This document shows, one piece after another, positions 50,101 through 61,209 of a stretch of DNA of 64,000 nt; the first letter of the stretch is position 1; each line of letters opens with the position of its first letter. The stretch covers positions 217,496,001 through 217,560,000 of the forward strand of contig OZ024742.1 in assembly GCA_964016885.1 (NCBI GenBank), in the 5' to 3' direction. The notes beneath the pieces were generated by a model. That model saw only the letters and a list, made by a program, of their open reading frames with translations, was not told the origin of the DNA and searched no databases. A program made the position numbers and the translations under genes. Origin of the DNA: Eledone cirrhosa. Lineage: Eukaryota.

Positions 50101-53100
50101 TGCCCTTTCTCCTCTGACTAAGCCACAAAATACTAATTAGTTGCTAGGTTATGTTGGTTTAAAAACAAATCAAAAGAAATGAAGTGTATATTGGTGCCAT
50201 GAGAGGAAATAGACTATTTTAAACGGTGAAATTAGAAGAAAGGAATGAAATTGCAGAGGGATTTAATATATATATACTGAAATAACTGAACAGTGCAAGA
50301 GGATGTGGTGAAGAAGGGTAATTACTAAGCAGAAGGATTGATGGTAAAGGGTTCAGTGATACATGACAGAATGTGGAGAGAATGAGAGTAAAAGGAAATG
50401 AAATGAGATAGCAGAAAGCATGGGCTGTTTGGGTTGTATGTAGGAAGAGTAAATGAAGCACAAGATAGAGAGAAAGAAATTAAAAGGTGGTTAGAACTCA
50501 GCTATAAGTCATTAGGGAAGATGTGATCAGCAAGACCTTTGTCAGCCGCTCACCAGATATCTATTTAAGGCTGTACATGACTATGGTGCGGCCACACTTA
50601 GAATTTGCATCACCAGTCTGGAACCCCTATCTTGCTCAGAACATTCACCGCCTGGAAACTGTTCAGAGACGTGCAACCAAGCGAATACCCTCCATCAGGC
50701 ATCTACCATACTCTGAGCGCCTTGCTTCCCTGGGCATGGATACATTGAAGCTCCGACGCCTGGCAACTGACTTGGTAAACACCCACAAAATTGTTAACCA
50801 TCTTGCCAACAACAACCCTGAGTACCTTTTTGATTTCCATGTGTATAACACACGTGGACATGCCCACAAAGTCAGAAAACAGAACAGTTCCCATGACTTT
50901 CGGAAACATTTTTTCACGCTCAGAGTTGCTGAAGCATGGAACAAACTACCTGCATCAGTTGTTAGCTGCCGAGACACTGCATCCTTTAAGGCCTCCATGC
51001 TTCCCGAGATCCGCCAACACTACAGCTAATGTTCCCCCTCCATACACATACACACATGTATACCATGACTCATACACTATTCACTTCCCTGACATTTGTG
51101 TATTATTCTATGTACTATACATTTGATGAGTTGTAGTGATGAGTTGTAGTGCACCTGAGCACTTTACACAATAATTTCATTATTATTATTATTATAAATG
51201 AAAATGTATACATTCAAATAAGTTATATCAACTTGGGTTATCACAATATCAGGTTTCCTTGCTCGCTTTTCGAATATTTTCTATCAGACATTCCACCCAT
51301 TCTACACTGTAAAGCTGTTGTGTAGGAGACACGGCAAAAAGCACCCAGCACACACTGTAAATGTAGTTGGCATTAGGAAGGGCATCCAACTGTAGAAAAC
51401 CAGCCAGATACAGTCCTTTACGAGCGAGACACAGTCACTCGACCCAGCTTGCCTCAAATGGGACAAACTCGTCTAACCCATGCTAGTGTGGAAGATGGAT
51501 GTTAAAGAATGATGATGATTTGTTTTTACCAATTGTTTCCAATTGCTCTTTTATTGGGTATTCTAAGTGAGATAAATAGTCAGGGTGTGTTTTACAGTTA
51601 AAGACATTCACATCTTGGATTGTGAAAATAATGCAAGTGCTAACTGTTGGTTTTCTAGTAGTAGGATTTCTGACACTGTTGCAAACTATCAAAACATTTG
51701 TCAGTCAGACAGTGTCCTCATTACTTATAAAGGTGAGCTGTAAGGGTTTGTGGTTCCCAGTACCTATTGATAGTCCAGTGGAGTGGAACAACGCTAGTTT
51801 GATTCTTCACTCAAGGACATAGTACAGTACAGTGTTAGTGATTTGATGGAAACCATAGATGCTTCCAATGGTGGACCAACTATCTAAAGACCCAGCTGCC
51901 TGCGACTCAACATCAACATTTTCTCATACTGCCACAGACAGCTCTCTCTCTCTCAGTTGTAAAATTATAGTGATTCTCCATAAACTGTTACTACATATAT
52001 GTATCCTTTTACTGGTATTGATTGTAACTATGCTGGGGCATTTCCACTATCCATTTTAGCCCTGCACTCAGTATTTTGTGAATGATAAAGTTTGATATTG
52101 CAGCACTCATCTGTATCTCCTGCTTCAGTGTTTGTTAATCAGGGATTGTGCACAGCAGGCTGTCCAAAACGTTCTTTTTTTATTTTAATGTTTAATGGTC
52201 AGCTTGACATTCATTCTATGAATATCTCCTATGTTTTGTTTTGCATTATCTTGTTTTTTTTTACTCAAGAGGAAGATAGAAGAAATTTTATGAAATAGTA
52301 GCCAATTTAGTGATTTGTGTAGCTTTCAATACTAATGTTTGGTGCCAGTTTCTCCAAGATTTTTTCGATGTGGATAATTGCATATCATTCCCTTTTTTGT
52401 TTGAAGGAATATAATCTGAAAATTTTCAAATCTCAGTAGTTCATCTGGTGCAGACGATCAGTCTTTTTCGTGTAAGTCTTTTAGATTGTGTCCATTTCAG
52501 TACTGGCTTGACTATGTAAAGAAACAATAGTAAACAGCAATAATTTAAGTGACTGAGAACAAATGTCTTTAAAAAAAATAGAAGCATATCCTTTACTACT
52601 CTTGTTCTGAATGTTCTATTCATTCTACGAAGCTTCTGCATGTTTTCAACATTTTTGTAATATACACATGAAACAATGCATTACTACTCATTACAGTTCT
52701 AGGTACTCTACATTTTCTGACTCAGGTATTGTAATCTCTACCAACCCTGTGTATCCAGATTGTATTGTGTTGGAGAGAAGGGCTAAGAGCAAAGTGGTTG
52801 AAACTTTTTTACATTAAAGTTCATGTTGTTTTCTTCAGCCCACTTGTATATTGTGTTGATGTATTTCTGTAGGCTTTTGATATCATCAGGACTTTTTATT
52901 GCCTTTGATATGAATGTATTAGAATAGCAGTTAGTGAGGGTGGCTGTACTGATAACACTGGTCAACAAAATTAAATGTATTATACTTATAGGGAAATGAG
53001 GAGTCAAATAATTACTTATACCTTTTTACAACAAGTTGAAACATCCAAGGACCTTGTTATCATAAACAATTATAATAAAATACCTTGGTCGATGTGTTTG

Positions 53101-56100
53101 TTGCTTCGTACTTGGTGTGACAGGCTTCTGAGATCCATGGTATAGATAAATGTCCCTTTAACACTCAATTCTCTATAAATATAAATTTATTGTCGAAAGC
53201 TTAATTTGTGTACACACAATAGAATATCTCGAATAGCAAGTAGGCCGTAGAAGAACAATTGACGAAATGTAGAACATGGTTTGTCGATAACTGTTCTATT
53301 GCTCCTAACAGGATTATAGTAGGAGTTATCTTGTAGTAGGTCTTGTCATCTTGCTGTCTGGATTCCTCTCTAAGCGTGTATAGTGGTTTTCACGAGAAGG
53401 CGACAATGTATTCATACGCGACTTACCATTTGTCTGTTTAACCAAATTGCATATGAAATGTTGCTATTGCGAGGTATGAAGTAGTTCCACTACATACTCA
53501 TTATGAATTCAAACCAACTTTTTTAGACTAATTTTTCATGCTGATTTCAAAATTTCACTCTATTTGTATGCAGCACGTATCAGTTTTTCAGTAGATACAT
53601 GCAAATATTTACATATTTGTATATATGAAATCATTAACGTAATAGAAGCCTTGGTACCGTTTCTCCATAGCACTAATGTCCTGGTGAAAATGTTCATCAG
53701 ACACTGCTGCAAGGTTATCTGCGAAGAAATCCAGATGGGAGTCCAAGAAGTGAACTTTCAGTGACATGCGACAACCCATTGCTGAGTAACATTTCAGAAG
53801 ATTCTTGAAGATTCAGAATAATGTCTGTCAGTTGCCCGACTATCCCATAGACACAAGAAACAACAGTATTTTGTGAAACCTGACTGCATTCCCATTAACA
53901 TTCCAATGACTTTTAAATCTCCACATATTTTTCATGAGTATCTTTCATAGGCAATGGCAGGAAGTAAAAGTTCCATATTCTCATATGATTCATGAAGATG
54001 AACGGAGTGTGCAATAGGAATGGAGAGCTTCAAATTACCATTATGGAGAAGTACAGCTTTTAAACTTCATTTTGAAGAGTCAATAAACAAACGCCACTCT
54101 GCAGTATTATGATTTTGTGATAAACATTTGAAAAGTCCATCAATGTTACTGCAAAAGCAAAGTGGGCCTTCAACAGAAAAACACATTTGTAGAACCACAT
54201 TTCTCTGCCAAAAATAAGTTATACGAACACCGTGCTCTAGCAGATACTTCTCCTTCAGTCTTGATGCCAACAGTTCTGTTTTATCTTTTGAGAGGGATAG
54301 GTCTCTGATAAGGTCATTCAGTTCAGCTTGGGAAAATTTCTGAGGTTCAAAGCTATCGTCATCAGCCATGTAATCTTCCTCAGCAGCACAATCGTGACAG
54401 TCAGCATCATCATCTGATGTTTCAATACCATCATTTGGTGGAACTGGAATTGGCAAACTTCCATTGTGAGACACAGGTCTCATTGCACAATCCAAATTGG
54501 GATAAACAACTTTGTGTTTATTCTTCATAGAAAATCCTGTTACATTTACTTTACAAAAATAACAGTCATTAAAATGATCTTTCAGCTCCCTCCATATCAT
54601 TGGAATGGCAAAAGGCATGGACTTCTTATTATTATTGAAGCAGTCACGTAAGCTATTTGAGCAAGCTGAGCAGATAAAATGTGGTGCCCGTAATTTGTCC
54701 TGATCTCCAAGAGGACAGTCAAAGTATAGCTTATAAATCTTCTTGTATAAATTTATTGTATGTTTTTGAGCTTTCACAATAATTGTCCACAGACATAACA
54801 AAACACATCAGGACGATTTCTACACTGTCCACTGTAAAACAAGTAAGGAAATAGATACAATTGGTTATACTTATATTGAATTTGAGATGAAATATTTCAT
54901 CAGACCAATTATGACTGGACAATTTGAAATGTTGAAATACCTATTTCATCAGACAAAACTTGATTGGTTAATTTAAGATGATGAAATATTGCATCTGAAC
55001 TATGCAACAATGAATAATGTAGTTTATTTTAAAGGTATGTTTCCATGATGTAAATGAAATACATGCATGCACGTCATTAATTGGAATTTCTATATAATGC
55101 ATGAGCTAAAACCAAAAAACTTTCTTATCTTGAAAACTGTACGTGATGTCAAAAAACTAATTGTATATTTGAAATCAGCATTAAAATCTACATTAAGTAC
55201 ACCTTGATATATGCTTCATGAAAAATACTTGTTGACCAGTATAATTGGTATTACAATATATAATTATCCCAATTCAGTTCCTTGTGCTATTTTGCTCTAT
55301 AGAGCTCTGTATCAACTTGACATCTATCCTTTTGAACATCGTACAGCCACCCTCTTAATTTTCACTGTTGTGATCTTGTAACTTATGATAATAACTTATG
55401 ACTTATTATCCCATAATCAACTACATTTAATAAGTTAAGTAGTTGCTCTATCATCTATTTTATTTATTTAAACGTCTTTATATAGTAAGCCATGACAGAC
55501 AAGAGGAAATATCTAGTACTCCTCACAGTTAAGAAACAAAAACAAGATAAACAAAGAGATTAAAAAAAAACCGAAGGCTATCGGGGGACGGAAAAAGCAT
55601 AAATAATAAAGTGCAAAACAAGGGCAGCTATAAAGCAGTTAAAAGTTTCTGTTGTTGAATCTTTTCATAACCTCCATGTACTGAAAGATCTTGTTTATAG
55701 TTGGTAGATCTATCAGTTGACCATAATGTTGTAGCAGCTGTTTTAAGTAAGGTGTCCTTGGTAAAGAGAATTTCATAGATCTCAGAAGTACTTCTGTTTC
55801 TCCGATATGATTTAGCCATACCAGGGATTTTCTAGGTTATGAAGTATATTTCTGGTGGATTGGCAGTATCGGTAGAGCATCAGACAACATGCTTTGTGGC
55901 ATATAGTTACGTCCCTTAATGTTCTGAGTTCAAATCCCACAGAGGTTAGCTTTGCCTTTCATCTTTAGAGTCTGGGGTTGGTTTAATTAACTTGCCCCTC
56001 TCCCAAAGTTGTTGGCCTTGTGCCTAATCAAAAACCATTATTTAATTCCAAGGGCGGTGGATTGACAGTATTGGTAGAGGGTCGGACGCCATGCTTTCCA

Positions 56101-57544
56101 GCATAGTTACGTCCCTTTACGATCTGAGTTCAAATCCCGCTGAGGTTGACTTTGCCTTTCATCCTTACGGGGTCGATAAAATAAAGTACCAGTAATGCAC
56201 TGGGTATTTGCTGGCCTTGTGCCTAAAGTAGAAACAATTATTTAATTCCAAAAGTACCAGTAATGTACTGGGTAATTGCTGGCCTTGTGCCAAAAAAAGA
56301 AACAATTATTTAATTCCAAAATGAGTTGAAAGCAGTGTGCCATTGCTTTAGGTAGCATCTCAGAAAATTAGGTATGTTTGTAGAGAAATTTGAAAGGATA
56401 AGCAATAAGGCCAGTGTATGCATTAGTAGAACTAGCTGACGTACCCAGCTTCGCCCGGGTAAATAGATGATAAGAGAAGACAGGTAAAAGAGAAAATGAC
56501 TGTATTGGATGTTTGTCTGGTCACAGTATGAGGTGAGTCCGTGGTGTCTGTGTGATACAAAAAAACAGTAAAAAAAATCTTCCAGATATACCAGATTCTT
56601 CGTTGTACTGTTTGTGCATAGTATATGAACAATTCTAGGTGCTCCCACGTGGAATAGTGACCTCTAGGAGATGGTTCATCTTCTGCCTGACTGTAAAACA
56701 TGTATCATTGCATAGACGTGGTTGTTCCACGTTTCTCAAAAGGATGATGGAAGTTCCAATCTTTTATATTATATGTAGATATAGATATAGATAATTAATA
56801 TAAAAGATGATGCTCAGCCAGTTCGTCTTCAACCATCGCAGCACGCCGTCGCTGCTTGGCTCCAGTGTTTTGTTGTCATTGTTCAGTCAGCTCCTCTTCA
56901 TTCATGGCGACACGTCTTCGCCTCTGAAATTCGACGTTCTGATGGCGCTGTTCGGCCCGTTTTTCTTCATTCCTGGCTGCACACCGTCGCCGCTGTGGTT
57001 CACTGTTTGATAAAGTCGAATTGCTTTTACTTTCTGTGGAACGCTGCACGCACGCACGCACACACACACACATAAACACACGCGCACGTACATACACACG
57101 CACACATGGTAATAGTTACAACGTTCACTTTGCCTCTCTGTTTCTTACTCTCCCCTCTCACTCCCTCATTGGCATTATGCATATTAATTTAAGTTTGGCA
57201 TCGTTGAGGTGGGCGGAGTTTGAAACCTATGAACCAATGATAATCGAGAATTATGACACACGGAATAATGACATTGTTGAAATTAATATATAGATTAGTT
57301 TCTATACTGCATAACTACATTGTTTACCTATCTAAGCAGTTAGAATTTAGTATGTGTGATGTATTGACAAGATATTGATTTGGCTTTCTTGGTTATGTTT
57401 TTCACTGTAATTATACAAAATTAAAAAATTCTAAATGCCCCTGATGTTTAATTTTTTTTTTTTTACTCCACAGATTTCAAACCTTTTGATTTGGATAAAT
57501 GGTGTAACCAACGAACATTAGAGAAACCACGTGGGACCACGTGA
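11653..57544 (+). CDS. MCRIP2: MAPK-regulated corepressor-interacting protein (MCRIP/FAM195 family), 144 aa, join(11653-11707,12549-12639,42482-42594,[44424-44477 or 49084-49137],49589-49639,57474-57544)
   Basis: All introns are GT-AG with consistent phases; 435 nt including TGA. Isoform A: MYTNANPPRNRKILGLRRGPPNSLDYSEGRGDGNSTNKRPTGHHTAAMSSQKSVFNGKRAVSVHRQNSYPSESQSQHEDIVKYLMDTWNRVVYEPDSRHPRDNKASNPTWYKEKCPNPQMENFKPFDLDKWCNQRTLEKPRGTT. FAM195 hallmarks are MYT..RRGP, V(F/Y)NGKR, HE..V.....W, Y.E..PNP...F.P.DL. The symbol is family-level; the gene is probably co-orthologous to MCRIP1 and MCRIP2. Confidence 0.88.
12549..12639 (+). CDS. MCRIP2: MCRIP-like exon 2 (GPPNSLDY...HTAAMS)
   Basis: Polypyrimidine tract + TAG acceptor; donor AG|GTAAGT; open frame; phase 1 to 2. 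Confidence 0.82.
15960..16400 (-). mobile_element. Decayed RTE LINE 3' fragment
   Basis: Similar to the RTE C-terminal coding region and tail (tttacatctgctttt..gcttgcatggg). Confidence 0.65.
16420..16970 (+). mobile_element. Old RTE-like LINE fragment of a different family
   Basis: Remnant translation F..TCVESILLYNSETW and ..IRQRR..FA.HC.R, with stops. Confidence 0.55.
19078..19345. repeat. Purine-rich minisatellite, unit about 44 bp (gggattagcagtagagagtgatggtactggagagagagaaaaga), about 6 copies
   Basis: Directly visible tandem units. Confidence 0.85.
20385..20840 (-). mobile_element. RTE 3' UTR / SINE tail with internal repeats of about 45 bp
   Basis: Tail motif plus repeated accactttacagggtggactgggcacttttt units. 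Confidence 0.7.
20980..23040 (-). mobile_element. Older RTE LINE copy, decayed
   Basis: ORFs 21179-21577, 21734-22093 and 22382-22603 are homologous to the RTE ORF2 at 5127-6862. Confidence 0.85.
23790..24660 (+). mobile_element. RTE LINE 5' fragment (AP endonuclease region)
   Basis: Remnant RVVTINVGTM..GEIVEML.RRQVDVC..GILLAERWVDQVIEVVRV, and later IDFIL..SQHRLIV.D. Confidence 0.75.
25088..25975 (-). mobile_element. RTE LINE 3' fragment including the PHD region
   Basis: Antisense ORFs 25393-25656 and 25696-26016 mirror RTE ORF2. Confidence 0.8.
27166..30516 (+). repeat. Direct tandem duplication, 1675-bp unit (27166-28840 / 28841-30515)
   Basis: Identical ORF pairs offset by 1675 bp (27170/28845, 28205/29880, 28279/29954); no differences seen in the stretches compared. 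Confidence 0.95.
28227..28843 (+). mobile_element. RTE LINE 3' coding fragment (duplicate copy 1, no 3' UTR)
   Basis: ORF 28205-28843: FRYLG..LHGSETW..RRLRWYGHVMR..GRPRKTW. Confidence 0.9.
29902..30910 (+). mobile_element. Young 5'-truncated RTE LINE with 3' UTR and (GAT)n tail
   Basis: ORF 29880-30518 is intact to TAA; the UTR ends ggacgttaaacgttgatgatgatgatg. Confidence 0.92.
31228..31430 (+). mobile_element. SINE family B copy
   Basis: gtggttgattggcagaatc...ctttcatccttctgggatcaataaaa. Confidence 0.6.
33812..35090 (+). mobile_element. Young RTE LINE 3' part with partly duplicated 3' UTR
   Basis: ORF 33784-34566 (partial PHD + C-terminus). A UTR segment at about 34705-34832 is repeated at about 34850-34977; (GAT)n tail. 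Confidence 0.92.
35127..35297 (+). mobile_element. SINE family A 3' half
   Basis: Matches 7081-7203. Confidence 0.75.
35334..35640 (-). mobile_element. Full-length SINE family A
   Basis: Reverse complement of the tRNA head + CORE-like box + RTE tail seen at 6949. Confidence 0.85.
36770..37762 (-). mobile_element. RTE LINE 3' fragment with PHD
   Basis: ORFs 37567-37842, 37201-37491 and 36838-37116. Confidence 0.9.
38405..38776. repeat. Minisatellite, unit about 27 bp (actgacctcttagtataataccatacc), about 14 copies
   Basis: Directly visible degenerate tandem units. Confidence 0.9.
39065..39283 (-). mobile_element. SINE family B copy
   Basis: Reverse complement of 56052-56240 (tttattttatcgacccc, ggatttgaac). 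It is flanked by repeated tgaaatgtaataat, a possible TSD. Confidence 0.7.
39737..40190 (-). mobile_element. Full-length SINE family A, longer RTE-tail variant
   Basis: tRNA head at 40120-40190, CORE-like box, RTE 3' UTR repeats and (CAT)n tail. Confidence 0.85.
42482..42594 (+). CDS. MCRIP2: MCRIP-like exon 3 (SQKSVFNGKR...HEDIVKYLMD)
   Basis: tttatttcaAG acceptor; donor A|GTAAGT; phase 2 to 1; conserved FAM195 motifs. Confidence 0.9.
44424..44477 (+). CDS. MCRIP2: MCRIP-like exon 4a (TWNRVVYEPDSRHPRDNK)
   Basis: ttttttTAG acceptor; G|GTAAGT donor; 54 nt; phase 1-1; supplies the conserved Trp. Confidence 0.85.
44825..47105 (+). mobile_element. RTE LINE (linker + RT + 3' end), decayed, between exons 4a and 4b
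   Basis: ORFs 45181-45573, 45635-46162 and 46392-46700; an internal deletion at about 46160 removes most of the PHD; (GAT)n tail. Confidence 0.9.
47790..47879. mobile_element. Terminal remnant of a Tc2/pogo-like DNA transposon
   Basis: cgaatataagccgaccc...cagcttatatttgtgcatatactgta resembles Tc2-type ends; no partner end found. Confidence 0.35.
48070..48545 (+). mobile_element. RTE 3' UTR fragment with internal repeats and (GAT)n tail
   Basis: Repeated aaaaagcacccagtccac.ctgta.agtg.tcgtgtaggtgacac units plus the tail. Confidence 0.8.
49084..49137 (+). CDS. MCRIP2: MCRIP-like exon 4b (TWSRFPHDMDNRHQRIIK), paralogous alternative to 4a
   Basis: cctaac branch point + attCAG acceptor; C|GTAAGT donor; 54 nt; phase 1-1; homologous to 4a. 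Confidence 0.82.
49589..49639 (+). CDS. MCRIP2: MCRIP-like exon 5 (SNPTWYKEKCPNPQME)
   Basis: Pyrimidine tract + CAG; A|GTAAGT; 51 nt; Y.E..PNP motif. Confidence 0.9.
50523..51194 (+). mobile_element. Young 5'-truncated CR1-clade LINE with (TTA)n tail
   Basis: ORF 50523-51029: VRPHLEFASPVWNP..LETVQRRATK..YSERL..TRGH..FF..RV...WNKLP. Confidence 0.9.
52330..55600 (-). mobile_element. Old CR1/L2-like LINE RT fragment interrupted by Chapaev3
   Basis: KIAQGTELG (GVPQGSVLG equivalent) at about 55260-55290 continues across the insertion into ..KSPDDIKSLQKYINTIYKWAEENNMNFNVKKFQ and LSHLNYCC. Confidence 0.65.
52956..55241 (-). mobile_element. Chapaev3-type (CMC) DNA transposon, defective
   Basis: TIR cactggtcaacaa / ttgttgaccagt(a); 3-bp TAA TSD (52953-55 and 55242-44). 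ORF 54067-54801 shows LGDQDK..APH, PMIWRE.KDH..DCYFC, ELNDLIRDL.LSK and WRLFIDSSK; the frame is broken downstream. Confidence 0.85.
55853..56330 (+). mobile_element. Two tandem copies of tRNA-derived SINE family B (Meta/Nin-like central domain)
   Basis: B box gagttcaaatccc and central ctttcatccttacggggtcgataaaataaagtaccag; the 3' end of about 60 bp is duplicated. The domain name is tentative. Confidence 0.75.
56432..57294 (-). mobile_element. Composite non-autonomous Helitron
   Basis: On the minus strand, A|TCTATATATTAAT 5' end (57294), a second TCTACATATAAT 5' end (56779), and GC hairpin acccgggcgaagctgggt followed by CTAG|T (56432). A remnant Arg/Glu/Gln-rich repeat frame resembles RepHel N-termini. 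Confidence 0.7.
57474..57544 (+). CDS. MCRIP2: MCRIP-like terminal coding exon (NFKPFDLDKWCNQRTLEKPRGTT*)
   Basis: T13-rich tract + CAG acceptor; PFDLD matches the PxDLS-like CtBP-binding motif; TGA at 57542-57544. Confidence 0.9.
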
Positions 57545-60490
57545 CTTGTTCTTAACCCATTCCTCTCTGCCCTGGATTCCACTTTCTCCATTTTTCTTTG
57601 ACTTTTCTATACATATAAATTTTTTTTTTTTATCTACCAATACAGACAGACACTTGTCAGTGTCGTCTTTGGTGCTGGTGTCCTCTTTTGCCTTATGTAT
57701 GATAATACAGTTCCCATTAACAACCAGTGGGAGCACTGTTGGCAAGAGTGAACAACACCAAATCAAACAGCAGCAAATTCTGTCTTTATTTCTACCATTC
57801 TAGAGAAAAGGAAGAAACAGTGTAAAAGAGAGCAAGTCAGATAGAGAGAGATTGAGTGGGAACGAGAAAGCAAGAGAGAGAGAGAGAGATAGTAGAAAAA
57901 GAGTTACAGAGAGAGAGAGAGAGAAAGAGATGGGCAAACAGAAAGAGTGAATGAATGAGAGAGAAAAAGTGGGGGACAAAAAAGAAACCAACAACACATT
58001 TTATCCTCTTTGAAAATTGGAGCCGTCTGTTACTGATGCATCAACAGTGCGGCAGTGTTTTTAAAGAAAATCAAGCAGTGGCAAATTGTATGATTGGATT
58101 GGTTGACATAGCTAGCCTCTTCCTTCTTTATAAACACACATACACAAATAGACATATATATACACACATGTACACCTGTTTAGCAACTTAACAACTTGTA
58201 CAACATCAACAGTTATTAATATTAAAATTACAAATTTCACAATTTCTTATCCAGCCTTCTCAATTCTTTTTTTTTTGTTTTTTTTTTTTTGTTTCCTTCC
58301 TCTCTTTTTCTTCTTCAATTTATAAATGATACATTTAAGTATCATACATCTGACAGCATTTTATTTCTAATTTCTTGTATTTCTAATAATAAAATTTATT
58401 GATTTGAAGATCGGTTGCTTCACTCTTACTCTTCCCTCTTTATCTCAGCAACCATTAGTTGCTCAATAACTTCCTCTGTGGAGAGTAAACACAAAAGAAG
58501 CCCACTTCTCTAATGATATCCAATGTCTATTCTTATACTTGAATAACACTGCAAATTAGGTAAAATTTCTACAGGTGTAATCTTTTTAATGTCACCATTT
58601 CAATACAAATGCTAATATAGTTGAAGCTTGTTTGAAGATTCTCAACATCTGGGTAAACGTTTTTAAAATGGTATAATCTGAAAGTTCTCCCTCCTCTCTT
58701 TCCGTTTCACATCCAACAATTTCTATTTAAAATTTTTCTTCGATTTTTCTCCCTTATATATAGCTTTTAAGAAGAATGCTTCAAGTTTTATTTATATGGT
58801 CAACTTGAGTTTATCTCAAAATAAGTTTTACTTTGGTATCATTAAGAGAATGTTAAATAAATCTTATTGCAAACTCATTTCTGACTTGACTATATAAGCA
58901 TTTATTTTCTGGTTTCATCTTCCTCAAAGTGTTCCAGTAAATTCTCAGACTGGATTAACATGGCTGAGAATTTATTGCAGAAAGCGATACTATTTCTCTT
59001 TTTGTTTTATATGTTTTAATTACACCTTTTACTACATAACTATATGACGTATTCTATCATGTAAACAAGCTAGGTAGACCACATGACCCAGAAACAGATT
59101 ATCTTGATTATCAGTCCCTGTAGACTCTTTTCAGGCCTTAGTAACTTGGATTTTAACCTGAAACGTTTTCTACAGCAAGATGAAGTATGTTTACATGTAC
59201 ATAATAATTTTATACTTGTGAGTTTGTGTCTGAAGGAAATTTATTTATTGGTTAAATTCTGAAGTATGTAGAATATTCTATATTTACTTTATTTCATGCA
59301 TGAATAGATAATATACTCAGTGGTAGAGAGTAGCTAGATTACCTCAGCTAATGATATATGGTTTCAGTTGTGCCTGCAAGGGTTAAAGAAAAAAAGTGGC
59401 ATTTTGACATTCTTTAAAAGTGTTTGTGCCAATAATTTATATCTAAATATCCAATGATTCACAGCCATCCAACCAACATTTTAATATCTGATATTGAATA
59501 GTACATATTCCACACTCATATTGTATACTTCCATAATGAACTTTATTTAGAAAGACAAATGTAATGGATTTATGCTCATGTACAGGGATCATTTAAAAAA
59601 AAAACTGTTATAACTGCCAAGACAGTTGCTTTAACCCATACTTAAATATCTCCTGCCGAAAGACATAATCTTCTTTGAATGGTCATTTATAGTATACTCC
59701 ATTATGACTGATTATGTTAACATTTTTGTGACTATACCTCAGCCTAAGTAATTAAATAATCGATATAATCAATATTTTGGAGGGGTTTAGGAAAATATCG
59801 TTAATTTTTTACATTGGTATATATTTAGCTGGTGTTGACCAACTGAAATCTTGTCTTTAATGTTATAATGAAATTTTAATTTACTTATGAATGCAGTCTC
59901 AGGTTGGTTAGTACTAAAAAGTATTATAAGTATTTCAATCAATCAATTCAATAATTATTGTAATTATTTTCTCTCAATTTTGTGATGTTGACAGTCCTTA
60001 CTATCACAGATAGTTTACATTGTGTGTGTGTATTCCACTAGAATTGATAAAATACCAGTCTAATGAATTGAGCACAAAGAGAAGAGAATGGGGTGGTGGC
60101 TCCATGCTTATTCTCAAGGGCATTAATGATATATAAGGGAAGTAAATTAACTTCTGAAACTAGGGTCACAAACTCACTTCTATGAGACTACATTATTTAG
60201 TATGTCCTTTTTTTAAGATGGTAGTATGCAATTTGGTTGTTATTTTAAGCAAGTCATTATTTCTAATCACTGTAAAGGATTCCTTGTTGATTCACCTCTA
60301 GTAATATATACTGGTAGGTTATTGATAGTGAATATCTTGTGATTGAGAGATAGAATCCTCTGACAGTGGAATCCTGTACCTTAGAAGTTCAATGTTGAAT
60401 AAATTCATAATCAGTAGTTAAGTTGGGATAAGCTGATTGGAGGAATTTGAATTATGGTTGCTGGTCACATGACATTGAATGAATAAAGAC
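57545..60490 (+). other. Probable long 3' UTR / downstream region of the MCRIP-like gene
   Basis: About 3 kb with no recognisable TE, AU/U-rich; AATAAA near 58388, 60398 and 60482. The true end is unknown. Confidence 0.4.
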
Positions 60491-60974
60491 ATTGTAGTGT
60501 AGTAAGTACTCTTTAGTCCTGCAGCAACCTCACTAGTGTTGGAGTTATGAATACACTTCAAAGGTTGTTGGCAGTCAACAGCAACAACATAGTACCAAGA
60601 GGAGCCTGTAGTCCTGCCAAGGACATAACAAGCTATTGCTGGTGTCATGATAAAGTGTGCCCAGTATTCTGTAAAATAGTAGTGCTAGTGCTACAAAAAA
60701 GCACCCAAGCCACACTGTGAAGCAGTTATGCTGATGCCTAATAAAATGCACCCAGCCAACACTAAAATGGTAGTGCTGGTACCACAATAAAAAACATCCA
60801 GTCCACTCTGTAAGGTGATAGTGATGGTGCCACAAGAAAACAAACCCGGTATACACCATTAAGTGGTTGATATTGGGAAGCATAGCAATAGAAACCTTAC
60901 CAAAATGGAATATATGAGCAAGACATAGTCGTCTGACCTGTCTGTCTAGCCTAAGCATGACAATCCATCTAACC

Positions 60975-61209
60975 CAGTGGTTCCCAAACATTTTACTCAC
61001 AGTAAATTTTTGAAAAAGTAAAAATATGTTAGTGCACTTTGTACCATAAATTCACAAATTTATTCGAAAGAGTTTTTCATATACATTAACATAACATAGT
61101 TAAACTTTCATTAGAATTTCACTTTGTAATTTTCACATCTTAAAAGTTAATCTTAGTCTTTTGTGGCACATGTAGTTACATCTTGCAGTGCACGGTTTGG
61201 GAACCACTG
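60975..61209. mobile_element. hAT (Charlie-like) MITE, 235 bp
   Basis: Perfect 15-bp TIR cagtggttcccaaac and perfect 8-bp TSD atctaacc (60967-74 and 61210-17). Confidence 0.92.

Noticed and set aside
51124-51150. C/D-box snoRNA-like TGATGA repeats
   Set aside because: This is a 13-bp local duplication in the CR1 3' UTR, with no terminal stem or guide evident.
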